A stretch of 64,000 bases of DNA from Candidatus Omnitrophus magneticus (GTDB lineage: Bacteria > Omnitrophota > Gorgyraeia > Tantalellales > Tantalellaceae): the NCBI GenBank assembly GCA_000954095.1, contig JYNY01000203.1:17-64016 (forward strand), given 5' to 3'. Positions 1 through 8,990 of the stretch are shown here, in pieces (within the stretch, counting starts at the first letter, position 1; the number at the start of each line of letters is the position of its first letter). The translations under genes were made by a program, and so were the position numbers. The notes beneath the pieces were generated by a model. The model ran no database searches, had not been told where the DNA came from, and worked only from the letters and a program-made list of their open reading frames with translations.

Positions 1-15
1 ATTCCCTTTATTTTT

Positions 16-2475
16 TTAGACGTTTACCGGACAGGATTGAAATTCGTCCGGAGTAAAACGACTTGACGCATCCATTTGCTGTGACCGCCCTGAATAAAAT
101 TCTTCATACGTATCTGTCCAAATTCTTTCAAAAGGTGCATTGATCGATACACCATATCCCATAATTGTTTTATATTCAGCTATATCTTGAGCCACTATTT
201 TCATTAATTCAGTTATATCTCCTGAACCCATCAAATACTTCTCTATGCTTACACGCATATAAATTTTATTTATCGTAAATTGTAACCATATATATTTTTC
301 AGTTATTTTATCAGTAAAACTATCCAGTAACTTGTAATCATTTTCGGCACCTTTCCAGTCTTGCGGTAACAACCCTTCAGCTTTCAAGATATCCAGCAAC
401 ACGCGGGACGTTAAACCCATAGCATTTTTTTCATGTATTATTTTGTATAATAATTCTTCCGTTAAGATTTCTGACAAATCTATGGAGGAAACAATTTTTT
501 TCTGCTCTTCTTCATTTTGTAATCCCTTTAACTTCACTCCGCCATTTTGATTTTTTATAACTTGCATTTCTATTTTTTCACCATTTTCGTCATAAAATAT
601 AACTGATATATTTTTTTCTCTTTTCACTATCTCTATGCTTTCAAGCATCTCTTTAAATTTTTGAGAAGAAAATCTATTTTTTTTCTGCTCTTCCGTTCCG
701 CCGCAATATACCGATTCATACGCGCTTACCCATAAAGGTATAATACTTTTATGAGATTTACCATCATACCGCGCTCCTCCTAAAGTCAACGCCGCTACTT
801 CCCTAAATTTTTCCATATCTCCATGCGCGAAATACGCGCCTACCGCAATATTGTATTTACCGCTTTCCAAAAGTTTTTCATAGGGCCTCACTTTATTTGT
901 AAGAACCGCCACATACGGCCTTTCTTTTCCCGCTTCGAATTTAGGGACTATTACCAAATACGACAAACCGTTTTCTTTCATAAGTTTTGTCAAACCCTCT
1001 GTGTGATATCCGCCTGTCACAAGTGCCGCTACTTTTTTATTTTCACGCGACATTTTGTTAACAGTATTTTCTATCATCACCCTGTCACGGCTTTCAGCTG
1101 TCTTATAAAATTCTAAAGCGCCTTTCATTCCTGACAATATTTCGTTTATGTCATATCCGACGGTAATAATTATGCCATATTTTTCACATGAACTTTTTAT
1201 AAATCCGCTTATATTTTCCGCGTTATAAAACACCATATTCCTGTCTATTACGCTGTAATCATTATTAGTAAGTTCCATACTGTATAACTTTTTCAACATA
1301 TATATCAAAACCATAGTTTCATACAAAGCTTCCTCATCCTTTGTCCTATAAAGTTTCACTCTTAAAGTGTTCTCCAATAATTCCAGCTCGTTATAAAGCG
1401 CGAAAATATTCAATCTGTCATATCCTGAAATATATTTAATAAATCGCGCGAGATTTTTATAATTATTTATATCCACAGAATACGTTTCCGCCAAAACAGC
1501 CAAATACAGATGAAACGCGAAAGCTGAAATTTTCTCTTCCTTAAACTCCACTGATTTCTGAACAAGCACCTCTAAATCTTTTTTAGTTATTTTTTCATTC
1601 AGAACCCGTACTAATTCATGGCGTTCGGCATTAGCTTTATTAAAATCTATTGCTTTTTCATCCTCTATTAAACCTATTAACCGATCGGCTTCCTGATATT
1701 TGGTTATATCAACGTTATATTTTTTAACAAACGCTCTGACACTTTCCCAATATTTAGAAAATGTTATTTTTTTTTCTTTATGTTCCCATGCTATATTATT
1801 GAAAATATTAAGCTCCACAGAATAAATCTTTTTCTCCATTCTTTTTAACTGACTTAAAAGTTTATCCAACATTTCAATCAATTTTGTCCGATTTTCTACT
1901 ACCACGCAAAAATCTTGGACGTTCTTTTGATAAAGTTCATTATTTTCTATGCCGTAAAGTGGAATATTTTTTTCGCGCGTGACTGAAAAAAATTCTGTCG
2001 CGCCTAACCGTCCCTCTTTCATTAAATATTCCGCTGTTCCTTTTTTGATTTTTTCATCAGGAAATGTTTTTAAAATTGAAGTATCAATATATCCACTAGC
2101 GCCTTCTAACGCGATTAAATCTAAATTGTAATTTTTAGATAAATTATCTAATAACTCAACTATTGAATATTGCGCTGAAAGAGACGCGTGCGCGTCTTGA
2201 ATATGAAAAATCATTCTGTCGTCTTTCCCTGAAAAAACTTCTCCTTTTGTAGCCATGTTATAAGGAATATCAATATTTCTATTCGCCCTCTCAACTTGCG
2301 CGAGCGGCGCGCCCAGCCCCGCGGCCTGCGGAGAAAATGCTTTAGATAAAACTTCTTCTCCTCCTGCCCAGACTATATCCTGATATAGAAATAATCCCGC
2401 AACAATAACTGCTACTACTTTAACCCAAACAAATTTCCCTAACCTAACCAAAAACATTTCTTTTCGCGTTTCCAT
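16..2475 (-). CDS. Hypothetical membrane-anchored protein, 819 aa, function unknown
   Basis: Long uninterrupted ORF with GGAGG 6 nt upstream of the ATG (minus strand ctggaggtttaaaATG). N-terminal hydrophobic anchor FVWVKVVAVIVAGLFLY. Motifs IFHIQDAHAS and ALVTGGYHTEGL faintly recall TraB/ChaN/Tiki-type folds; this is unconfirmed. Confidence 0.6.
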   Translation of the reverse strand: METRKEMFLVRLGKFVWVKVVAVIVAGLFLYQDIVWAGGEEVLSKAFSPQAAGLGAPLAQVERANRNIDIPYNMATKGEVFSGKDDRMIFHIQDAHASLSAQYSIVELLDNLSKNYNLDLIALEGASGYIDTSILKTFPDEKIKKGTAEYLMKEGRLGATEFFSVTREKNIPLYGIENNELYQKNVQDFCVVVENRTKLIEMLDKLLSQLKRMEKKIYSVELNIFNNIAWEHKEKKITFSKYWESVRAFVKKYNVDITKYQEADRLIGLIEDEKAIDFNKANAERHELVRVLNEKITKKDLEVLVQKSVEFKEEKISAFAFHLYLAVLAETYSVDINNYKNLARFIKYISGYDRLNIFALYNELELLENTLRVKLYRTKDEEALYETMVLIYMLKKLYSMELTNNDYSVIDRNMVFYNAENISGFIKSSCEKYGIIITVGYDINEILSGMKGALEFYKTAESRDRVMIENTVNKMSRENKKVAALVTGGYHTEGLTKLMKENGLSYLVIVPKFEAGKERPYVAVLTNKVRPYEKLLESGKYNIAVGAYFAHGDMEKFREVAALTLGGARYDGKSHKSIIPLWVSAYESVYCGGTEEQKKNRFSSQKFKEMLESIEIVKREKNISVIFYDENGEKIEMQVIKNQNGGVKLKGLQNEEEQKKIVSSIDLSEILTEELLYKIIHEKNAMGLTSRVLLDILKAEGLLPQDWKGAENDYKLLDSFTDKITEKYIWLQFTINKIYMRVSIEKYLMGSGDITELMKIVAQDIAEYKTIMGYGVSINAPFERIWTDTYEEFYSGRSQQMDASSRFTPDEFQSCPVNV

Positions 2476-2859
2476 TTTAAACCTCCAGTGTTAAAAAAAT
2501 TTAAAAAAATAATATAAAATAGCAATTTAAAGACCTAACAAAATAATATTTTTATATTGTAGCATAAAAAATTTTGAAAAACAATAGACAAAAAACTAAA
2601 TATTTTCTTCTTAACTTACGGTGCGTGGTGGCAGGGCGAGTTTTTATGACTTTTTTAGGGGGCGCGATGGGAATTTGGCTAAAAAAAAAGGGCCCGCGCG
2701 CGGCATGGGCTTTTTTAGCCGGCGCGCTATAATTGTATACGGCTAAAAAAGCCTTTTTTTGAACATGTTGGGTGCGCGTAAAAAATAAAAAAAATGAAAT
2801 TTTTTTCATGCCGCGCGAATCCCGAGCAGTGTTTCATGTTTCTGTTTCTTAGCGATATC

Positions 2860-2868
2860 TGTTATAAT
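2860..2868 (+). promoter_or_regulatory. Extended -10 element (TGtTATAAT) upstream of the ATPase gene
   Basis: tgttataat at 2860-2868, about 44 nt upstream of the ATG at 2912. GGAGG RBS at 2897-2901. No good -35 seen. Confidence 0.35.
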
Positions 2869-2911
2869 CTAAAAAAATTTATTTATAAATTTATTTGGAG
2901 GAAATTTTACA

Positions 2912-4471
2912 ATGAAAAGTAAACGATATTTTAATACAACCGGTTTTTGCCGTCCTGAAAAACATTATATGTTGGATCCATTAAGAAATCAGAGTGTAAT
3001 CTTTGACCTTATTGAAAAAGAACAATACTTCACAATCCACGCGCCGAGGCAGACTGGAAAGACTACACTTCTTCATGAATTGGCGCATAGATTAAATAAA
3101 GAAGGAAATTATATTTCAGTAGTGTTTTCCGTAGAGTCCGCGGGGTATCGGTCTATAACTGAAGAAACCGCGAATTTTAAAATAATAAATTCGCTTTACC
3201 AAGCATGTGAATTATTTTTACATAAAAAATTATGGGCACCCAAACCAGTCATAACTAAAAAATATTCATTACAAGATTATTTGAATAAATGGGCAACAAC
3301 GCAAACTAAACCTATCATTTTATTATTAGATGAAATAGACTCATTATATGATGACGTATTAGTATCTGTACTTAGACAATTACGAAACGGATTTCAAGGC
3401 AGGCCCAAACATTTTCCATCAACCATAGCGCTTGTGGGATTAAGAGATGTTCGTGAATACAAAACAAAAGTCCGTCCGAGTGAAGCGTCATTAGGCTCAG
3501 GCTCGCCCTTTAATATCAAAGCTGAATCAATTCTTTTAGGGACATGGACAAAAGAAGAAATAACAGAATTATACAGCCAGCACACAAAAGATACAGGGCA
3601 AGTATTTTCTAAAGAAATGATAAATAGAATTTATGAATTAACCGGAGGCCAGCCGTGGCTGGTAAACGCGGTAGCTAATGAAATAGTGGAGAAAATATTA
3701 AAAAGTGATTTCACGAAAAAAATAACACTCGCTCACGCGGAAGAGGCGAAAGAAAATCTTATAAAGAGGCGTGATACGCATTTAGATAGTTTATTAGATA
3801 AACTGAAAGAGCCCAGAGTAAAAAATATTGTCAGTGCTATTATTAACGGCGATTCTCTTGTATATGACAACTTCAATGATGATCTTTTGTATGTTATGGA
3901 TTTAGGCATTATCCGCAAAGAAAAATATGACATAATTTTTTCAAATGAAATATACCGGGAAATAATTCCGAGAGTTTTAAACTTTTCTATGCAAGAAAAC
4001 ATTAGAGAAGAAGGCACTACTTCTTGGTACATAAAACCCAATGGTAAACTCGATATGGATAAATTATTAAAAGCGTTTCAAGCGTTTTATCGTGAAAATT
4101 CTGAAATGTGGCTTGAAAAATTTGATTATAAAGAAGCAGGACCGCATTTACTTTTAATGGCGTTTCTGCAAAGAGTAATAAACGGTGGTGGCAGGATAAA
4201 TCGTGAAATGGCAGTTGGAACAGGGCGAACTGATTTACTTATAGAATTTAACGGAGATAAATTTGTTTTAGAATTAAAGTTAAAGAGACTTCCTTCCGCG
4301 AGACAAAAAGGCTTAGACCAAATCTCACGCTACCTTGACACGCTCGGCATGACAAAAGGGTATCTGATTTTATTTGAAATAAAACCTTCCAGTATTATTC
4401 CATGGGAAACTCGTGTTAAATGGGAAGATGTTTCTTATCAGAATAAAAATATTACTATTGTGGAAATGTAA
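2912..4471 (+). CDS. P-loop ATPase (ORC/AAA-like) with C-terminal PD-(D/E)XK nuclease-like domain
   Basis: N-terminal signature FNTTGFCRPEKHYMLDP. Walker A HAPRQTGKTTLL and Walker B ILLLDEID. C-terminal GRTDLLIEF...FVLELKLK fits a D...E-x-K nuclease motif. Strong RBS. Confidence 0.8.
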   Translation: MKSKRYFNTTGFCRPEKHYMLDPLRNQSVIFDLIEKEQYFTIHAPRQTGKTTLLHELAHRLNKEGNYISVVFSVESAGYRSITEETANFKIINSLYQACELFLHKKLWAPKPVITKKYSLQDYLNKWATTQTKPIILLLDEIDSLYDDVLVSVLRQLRNGFQGRPKHFPSTIALVGLRDVREYKTKVRPSEASLGSGSPFNIKAESILLGTWTKEEITELYSQHTKDTGQVFSKEMINRIYELTGGQPWLVNAVANEIVEKILKSDFTKKITLAHAEEAKENLIKRRDTHLDSLLDKLKEPRVKNIVSAIINGDSLVYDNFNDDLLYVMDLGIIRKEKYDIIFSNEIYREIIPRVLNFSMQENIREEGTTSWYIKPNGKLDMDKLLKAFQAFYRENSEMWLEKFDYKEAGPHLLLMAFLQRVINGGGRINREMAVGTGRTDLLIEFNGDKFVLELKLKRLPSARQKGLDQISRYLDTLGMTKGYLILFEIKPSSIIPWETRVKWEDVSYQNKNITIVEM

Positions 4472-4519
4472 TATTTTTTAGTTTTGATGGTGAATATTTT
4501 TGGTCCCGAAATATTAGAT

Positions 4520-4543
4520 AATTACTAACCGCTTAGTGGTTAC
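4520..4543. repeat. Hairpin-A palindromic repeat unit (aattactaaccgcttagtggttac)
   Basis: Imperfect palindrome between convergent genes. It supplies the last codons and the stop of the permease ORF. The same word recurs at 35240, 35411, 38205, 38567, 61374, 61419 and 63903. Confidence 0.8.
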
Positions 4544-6419
4544 GTTTTCTTTGGCATAAAAGAATAATATTTCTCAAATCATCTTCATTTTTAGCTTTCA
4601 TCCATTTTTCAGGGAAGGAAGTGTCTTGAACAATTTGGGCTATCGCGGAAAGCGCTATTAAGTGAAAAGGCCGTTCATCTTTAGTTCCTACTATGACAAA
4701 TACCGTCTTTACTGGATTTTCAGAATCGCAAAATATAATTCCTTTTTTAGAGCGCGCTAGAAGGATTTCAAAACTGTGGCCCTCGCCTGTTATTATGTGG
4801 GGGATAGCGATTCCCGGGCTTATAGCAGTACAGCCTTTACTTTCACGTTCTTCAAGGAGTCTATATATTTCATCTGTGTTAACTCCGGTGCGTGACGCGA
4901 GTTTTTTCGCGGCGAGTTTAAAAAAATCTTGTCTTTTCATGGGCTGGTCAATATCAAGGACTATACATTCTCCCATAATTTGGTCAAACCTATCTTTTAT
5001 GATATCGTCACGTTCTTGTATTATTTCTTTTAATTCCTCTTCTTTTGTGATATTCATGCCGTCTTTATCTATAATTTTTGCCATAAGATGGAGTAACGCG
5101 AAATCTTTTTGACATCGAATCCGTCCATAAAACCAGTATATCGCGATACCCGCGGCGCATAAAAATGAACTTACAAATAGGGCTATTTTACTCATGTTTA
5201 TTACTAAAAACCAGCAGGAGATAATACCGAAAATTTGAAGCCACGGATAAAATGGAGTATAAAATTTTGGAGTATAAGTTTTTATGCCGCTTTCGCGCAT
5301 GATAATAACGCATAAACATGAAAATATAAAAGTAAGGATAAGTACGGTAGATCCGACTTCAATCAAAATATTTAAATCGAAAAAAGTAAATATTGCTATA
5401 AGACTTCCGGTCAGTATGATAGAAATAAATGGTGTTTTAAAAACAGGATGAGTGATAGATAGAAACTTTGGAAGCAGACGGTCTTTACTTAACGCCGCGG
5501 GATATCTAGTAGCCAGAGCAATACCCCTTTTTGTTGTTGAAATTAATACTAATATTGCCCACATGCTTAGAATCCATTTGCCGTAAAGGCCGGTTACTAG
5601 GTACACGCTCTGGACAATCGGAGTTGGAGAGGAGTAAAAGTTTGACGGCCCTAATATTCCTAAAGTTACAAATATAATTAAAGTGTATAATATTCCGCCT
5701 ATCGCTAGAGAAAGTATTAAGCCGGTAGGTATGATTTTATCAGGATTTTTCATGTCTTCCGCTACAGAAGCTATTTTTAAAAGTTCTCCATAAGATATGA
5801 AAACAAAACCGGCTGTTGTAATGACGGGTGTTATTCCGTGAGGCATAAACGGCCAAAAATTATCTAGATTGACACGAGGTATTCCCATAATGAGATAAAT
5901 TGTTAAAAATATAATAAACCCCAAAATAAGAATAACTTGAAATCTTATAATATCTTTTATGCCGATAAGACTGAGAATTGAAAAGAGAATACAAAAGCCT
6001 ATCGCGATTAAATGAAAATTGAGATTATTAAAAATAGGCGATATAAAAAAAGATATGCTCATTAAAAGAAACGCGCTTCTTAGGCATAGCGAAAACCATG
6101 TTAAAATGCCGTCAATCGTTCCGATTGCCGGTCCCATGCTTCGCACAACGTAAAAATATGTTCCGGGTGATTTTAGCGTGGAAGAGATGAGTTCCGCTTG
6201 GCTAAGCGCGCCTGCGATCGCGAATAACCCGGCAAAAAAATATGAAAATATCAGCGCGGCGCCTGTTCTGGCGTAAGCGAGCGCGGGTAAGACTAAAAGC
6301 CCGCAACTAATCATTACTCCCACGGTGATACAAAAAATATCTAATAAATTTACTGCTTTTTTAAATTCCATTTTGTTTCTTTTTTTAGCGGCGCCCCCTC
6401 GCAGACCATACACTGGCAA
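4533..6419 (-). CDS. APC-family amino-acid/polyamine permease fused to a C-terminal PTS EIIA type-2 (Fru/Mtl/Ntr) domain
   Basis: About 12 hydrophobic segments typical of APC permeases. The C-terminal roughly 150 aa carry GIAIPH, the phospho-histidine signature of EIIA-2 domains. The track start is TTG at 6419; ATG at 6371 (MEFKKAVNLL) is the more likely start. Confidence 0.8.
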   Translation of the reverse strand: MPVYGLRGGAAKKRNKMEFKKAVNLLDIFCITVGVMISCGLLVLPALAYARTGAALIFSYFFAGLFAIAGALSQAELISSTLKSPGTYFYVVRSMGPAIGTIDGILTWFSLCLRSAFLLMSISFFISPIFNNLNFHLIAIGFCILFSILSLIGIKDIIRFQVILILGFIIFLTIYLIMGIPRVNLDNFWPFMPHGITPVITTAGFVFISYGELLKIASVAEDMKNPDKIIPTGLILSLAIGGILYTLIIFVTLGILGPSNFYSSPTPIVQSVYLVTGLYGKWILSMWAILVLISTTKRGIALATRYPAALSKDRLLPKFLSITHPVFKTPFISIILTGSLIAIFTFFDLNILIEVGSTVLILTFIFSCLCVIIMRESGIKTYTPKFYTPFYPWLQIFGIISCWFLVINMSKIALFVSSFLCAAGIAIYWFYGRIRCQKDFALLHLMAKIIDKDGMNITKEEELKEIIQERDDIIKDRFDQIMGECIVLDIDQPMKRQDFFKLAAKKLASRTGVNTDEIYRLLEERESKGCTAISPGIAIPHIITGEGHSFEILLARSKKGIIFCDSENPVKTVFVIVGTKDERPFHLIALSAIAQIVQDTSFPEKWMKAKNEDDLRNIILLCQRKRNH

Positions 6420-6539
6420 TTGCTTTTTTATGAATTGCCAGAGCCATCTATTCTTATAGATGGCGGAATTCGAGCGACATGCTCTTCTCAGCCGAGAGAA
6501 TTCCTAAAAATTTAGCAATATTCTCTGCAAGTTGTACGG

Positions 6540-8990
6540 TTACATAACAATATTTATCAATTTATCTGGAATAACTATAAATTTTTTTATAGCACCAGTA
6601 AAATATGGTTTTAATTTTTCATCATCAAGAACCATTGTTTTTATTTCTTCTTCTTTCATGCCGCGCATTGCTTCGATTTTTCCGCGTAGTTTCCCATTAA
6701 TTTGTACAGGCATTATTATTGTATCAGTTAATGTCATTTTTTCATTGTATATAGGCCATGATTCTTTGAACACAGTATTTTTGTACCCGAGATTTTCCCA
6801 TAATTCTTCCGCTAAATGAGGAACAAACGGCGCTAAAAGAAGAATGAGATTTTTAAAGACTTCATTTAGGCATTCTTTGGAACAAGCATAAGTTTCATCA
6901 TTTTTTTTAAAAGAGTAAATTTCATTTACAAGTTCCATAATAGAACTTATAGCAGTATTGAAGTGAAAATCTCCTTCCATATCCATTGTTACTTTTTTTA
7001 TAGTTTGATGCATTTTTCGTAATAGCTGTTTATCTGTTTCTTCCGTATTTTTGTTTTCATTGACGGTTGTTTCTTGAATAGTCCAAACTCTTTTTAAGAA
7101 ACGGTACGCGCCTTCTACGCCTTTATCCGACCATTCCGCGTCTTTTTCTGGAGGGCCGATAAAAAGAGTATAGAGACGCACCGTGTCAGCGCCGTATTTT
7201 TTTATTAAATCATCGGGGCTCACAGTATTCCCTTTTGATTTTGACATTTTCATTCCGTCTTTAATAATCATTCCCTGCGTGAAAAGCCGTTTAAACGGCT
7301 CGTTAAATCCGATATGGCCCATATTGTAAAGGGTTTTAGTTATAAAACGAGAATATAACAAATGAAGGATTGCGTGTTCAACTCCGCCGATATAAAGGTC
7401 AACCGGTAGCCATTTATTTACATCATCCGTAATAAACGGTTTATTGTTTTCTTTAGGCGAGATATATCTTAAAAAGTACCAGCTGGAATCAACAAAAGTA
7501 TCCATTGTGTCTATTTCTCTACGCGCTTTTCTGCCGCATTTGGGACATGATGTGTTTACGAATTCTTGAGAATTTTTAAGAGGTGATTCTCCTGTAGGTA
7601 AAAATTCAACACAGTCAGGAAGAAGCACCGGTAAGTCTTTTTCAGGCACAGGGATAGTCCCGCATTTTTCGCAGTAAATTATAGGTATTGGCGCGCCCCA
7701 ATATCTTTGGCGTGAAATAAGCCAGTCTCTTAATTTAAAATGTACCGCACTTTTCCCGATATTATTCTTTTCCATGTAGTCGGCTATTTTTTCTTTAGCG
7801 GTTTCATTATCTAAGCCTGTAAAATGTCCTGAATTTATAAGTATGCCTGTATCTTCAAACGCTTGTTGTAAAGTAGACGCGTTTAATTTTTCAGTTGGAT
7901 TATTTATTACAATTTCTACATCTAGGCCATATTTTTTCGCAAAAGCAAAATCTCTTTGGTCATGAGCCGGAACAGCCATTACCGCGCCGGTGCCGTATTC
8001 CATAAGAACATAATCAGCTATCCATAAAGGAATTTTTTTGCCGGTCATTTGGTTTATTACATATCTTCCGGTAAAGACGCCTTTTTTTTCTGTGTTTAGG
8101 CCTGAGCGTTCAATATGCGATTCATTGCGTGTCGCTTGAACAAATTTCATTATTTTTTCTTTGCCGGGATTATCCGCGATAAGTGTTTCAAGGAGAGGAT
8201 GTTCAGGCGCGAGTACCATATAAGTACATCCAAAAATTGTGTCAACGCGCGTTGTGAAACACGTAAGTTTAAGATTGCTTCCTTCTACCGGGAAATCAAT
8301 ATTGACTCCGCGAGACCGTCCTATCCAATTTTTTTGCATTGTTTTAACTCTGTCCGGCCAAGCATTTAATTTTTCTATGTCATTAAGAAGCGTATCCGCG
8401 TAATCTGTGATTTTAAAAAACCATTGTTCAAGGTCTCGTTGCTCGACTTTGCTGTCGCATCGTTCGCAGGATTCATCTATAACTTGTTCATTCGCTAAAA
8501 CCGTGTTGCAGGAAGGACACCAATTAACAAACGCTTTTTTTTTATAGGCTAGGTTGTGTTCATACATTTTAAGGAATATCCACTGGGTCCATTTATAATA
8601 ATCAGGCAGGCATGATGTGACTTCTCTTTCCCAGTCAAATTCAACCCCCCATGATTTAAGTTGTTCCTTCATCCTTTGTATATTGTGAAGAGTTGAATCT
8701 TTTGGATGCGCGCCACCTTTAATTGCCGCATTTTCAGCCGGAAGCCCGAACGCGTCCCATCCCATAGGAGTAAGAACATTAAGCCCTTTCATCATTTTGT
8801 ATCTTACAGCGACATCGCCTATTATATAATTTCTGCCGTGTCCGACATGTAGAGCCGCGGAAGGGTATGGAAACATCATTAGGCAGTAATATTTATTTTT
8901 ACTATCAGATATTTTTGTGTTGAAGAGGCGGCCTTTTCGCCATTCTTTCTGCCATTTATTTTCTATTTCTAAAGGATTATATGAGTTCAT
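6540..8990 (-). CDS. leuS: Leucyl-tRNA synthetase
   Basis: 816 aa. HIGH motif HVGHGRNY and KMSKS motif KMSKSKGN. Canonical N-terminus NPLEIENKWQKEW and Zn-type CxxC pairs. Confidence 0.97.
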   Translation of the reverse strand: MNSYNPLEIENKWQKEWRKGRLFNTKISDSKNKYYCLMMFPYPSAALHVGHGRNYIIGDVAVRYKMMKGLNVLTPMGWDAFGLPAENAAIKGGAHPKDSTLHNIQRMKEQLKSWGVEFDWEREVTSCLPDYYKWTQWIFLKMYEHNLAYKKKAFVNWCPSCNTVLANEQVIDESCERCDSKVEQRDLEQWFFKITDYADTLLNDIEKLNAWPDRVKTMQKNWIGRSRGVNIDFPVEGSNLKLTCFTTRVDTIFGCTYMVLAPEHPLLETLIADNPGKEKIMKFVQATRNESHIERSGLNTEKKGVFTGRYVINQMTGKKIPLWIADYVLMEYGTGAVMAVPAHDQRDFAFAKKYGLDVEIVINNPTEKLNASTLQQAFEDTGILINSGHFTGLDNETAKEKIADYMEKNNIGKSAVHFKLRDWLISRQRYWGAPIPIIYCEKCGTIPVPEKDLPVLLPDCVEFLPTGESPLKNSQEFVNTSCPKCGRKARREIDTMDTFVDSSWYFLRYISPKENNKPFITDDVNKWLPVDLYIGGVEHAILHLLYSRFITKTLYNMGHIGFNEPFKRLFTQGMIIKDGMKMSKSKGNTVSPDDLIKKYGADTVRLYTLFIGPPEKDAEWSDKGVEGAYRFLKRVWTIQETTVNENKNTEETDKQLLRKMHQTIKKVTMDMEGDFHFNTAISSIMELVNEIYSFKKNDETYACSKECLNEVFKNLILLLAPFVPHLAEELWENLGYKNTVFKESWPIYNEKMTLTDTIIMPVQINGKLRGKIEAMRGMKEEEIKTMVLDDEKLKPYFTGAIKKFIVIPDKLINIVM

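Noticed and set aside
823-1116. Antisense or shadow ORFs from the six-frame track inside longer genes. Examples: 823-1116, 3394-3585, 3733-4041, 4693-5112, 6532-6819, 8115-8369, 12471-12764, 14534-14815, 33030-33431, 36054-36353, 37611-38003, 39854-40150, 40274-40672, 57938-58285 and 61630-61923.
   Set aside because: Each lies wholly within, and opposite or out of frame to, a long ORF with clear family motifs. They have odd composition (Ile/Phe/Ser/Lys-rich from AT-rich antisense) and no RBS, so they are treated as non-coding shadows.
2552-2809. 85-aa ORF in the divergent intergenic region.
   Set aside because: Its composition is driven by poly-A/T runs and GC palindromes (KKAHAARGPFFFSQ...). 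It has no RBS and overlaps hairpin structures. More likely non-coding.
6420-6539. Hairpins between leuS and the permease (gccatctat-tctt-atagatggc; ggaattc-N26-gaattcc) as a riboswitch or terminator.
   Set aside because: There is no U-tract on either strand and no recognisable riboswitch core. Only a weak resemblance to the 170-bp element arm at 6488-6541 was found, which is mentioned under that finding.
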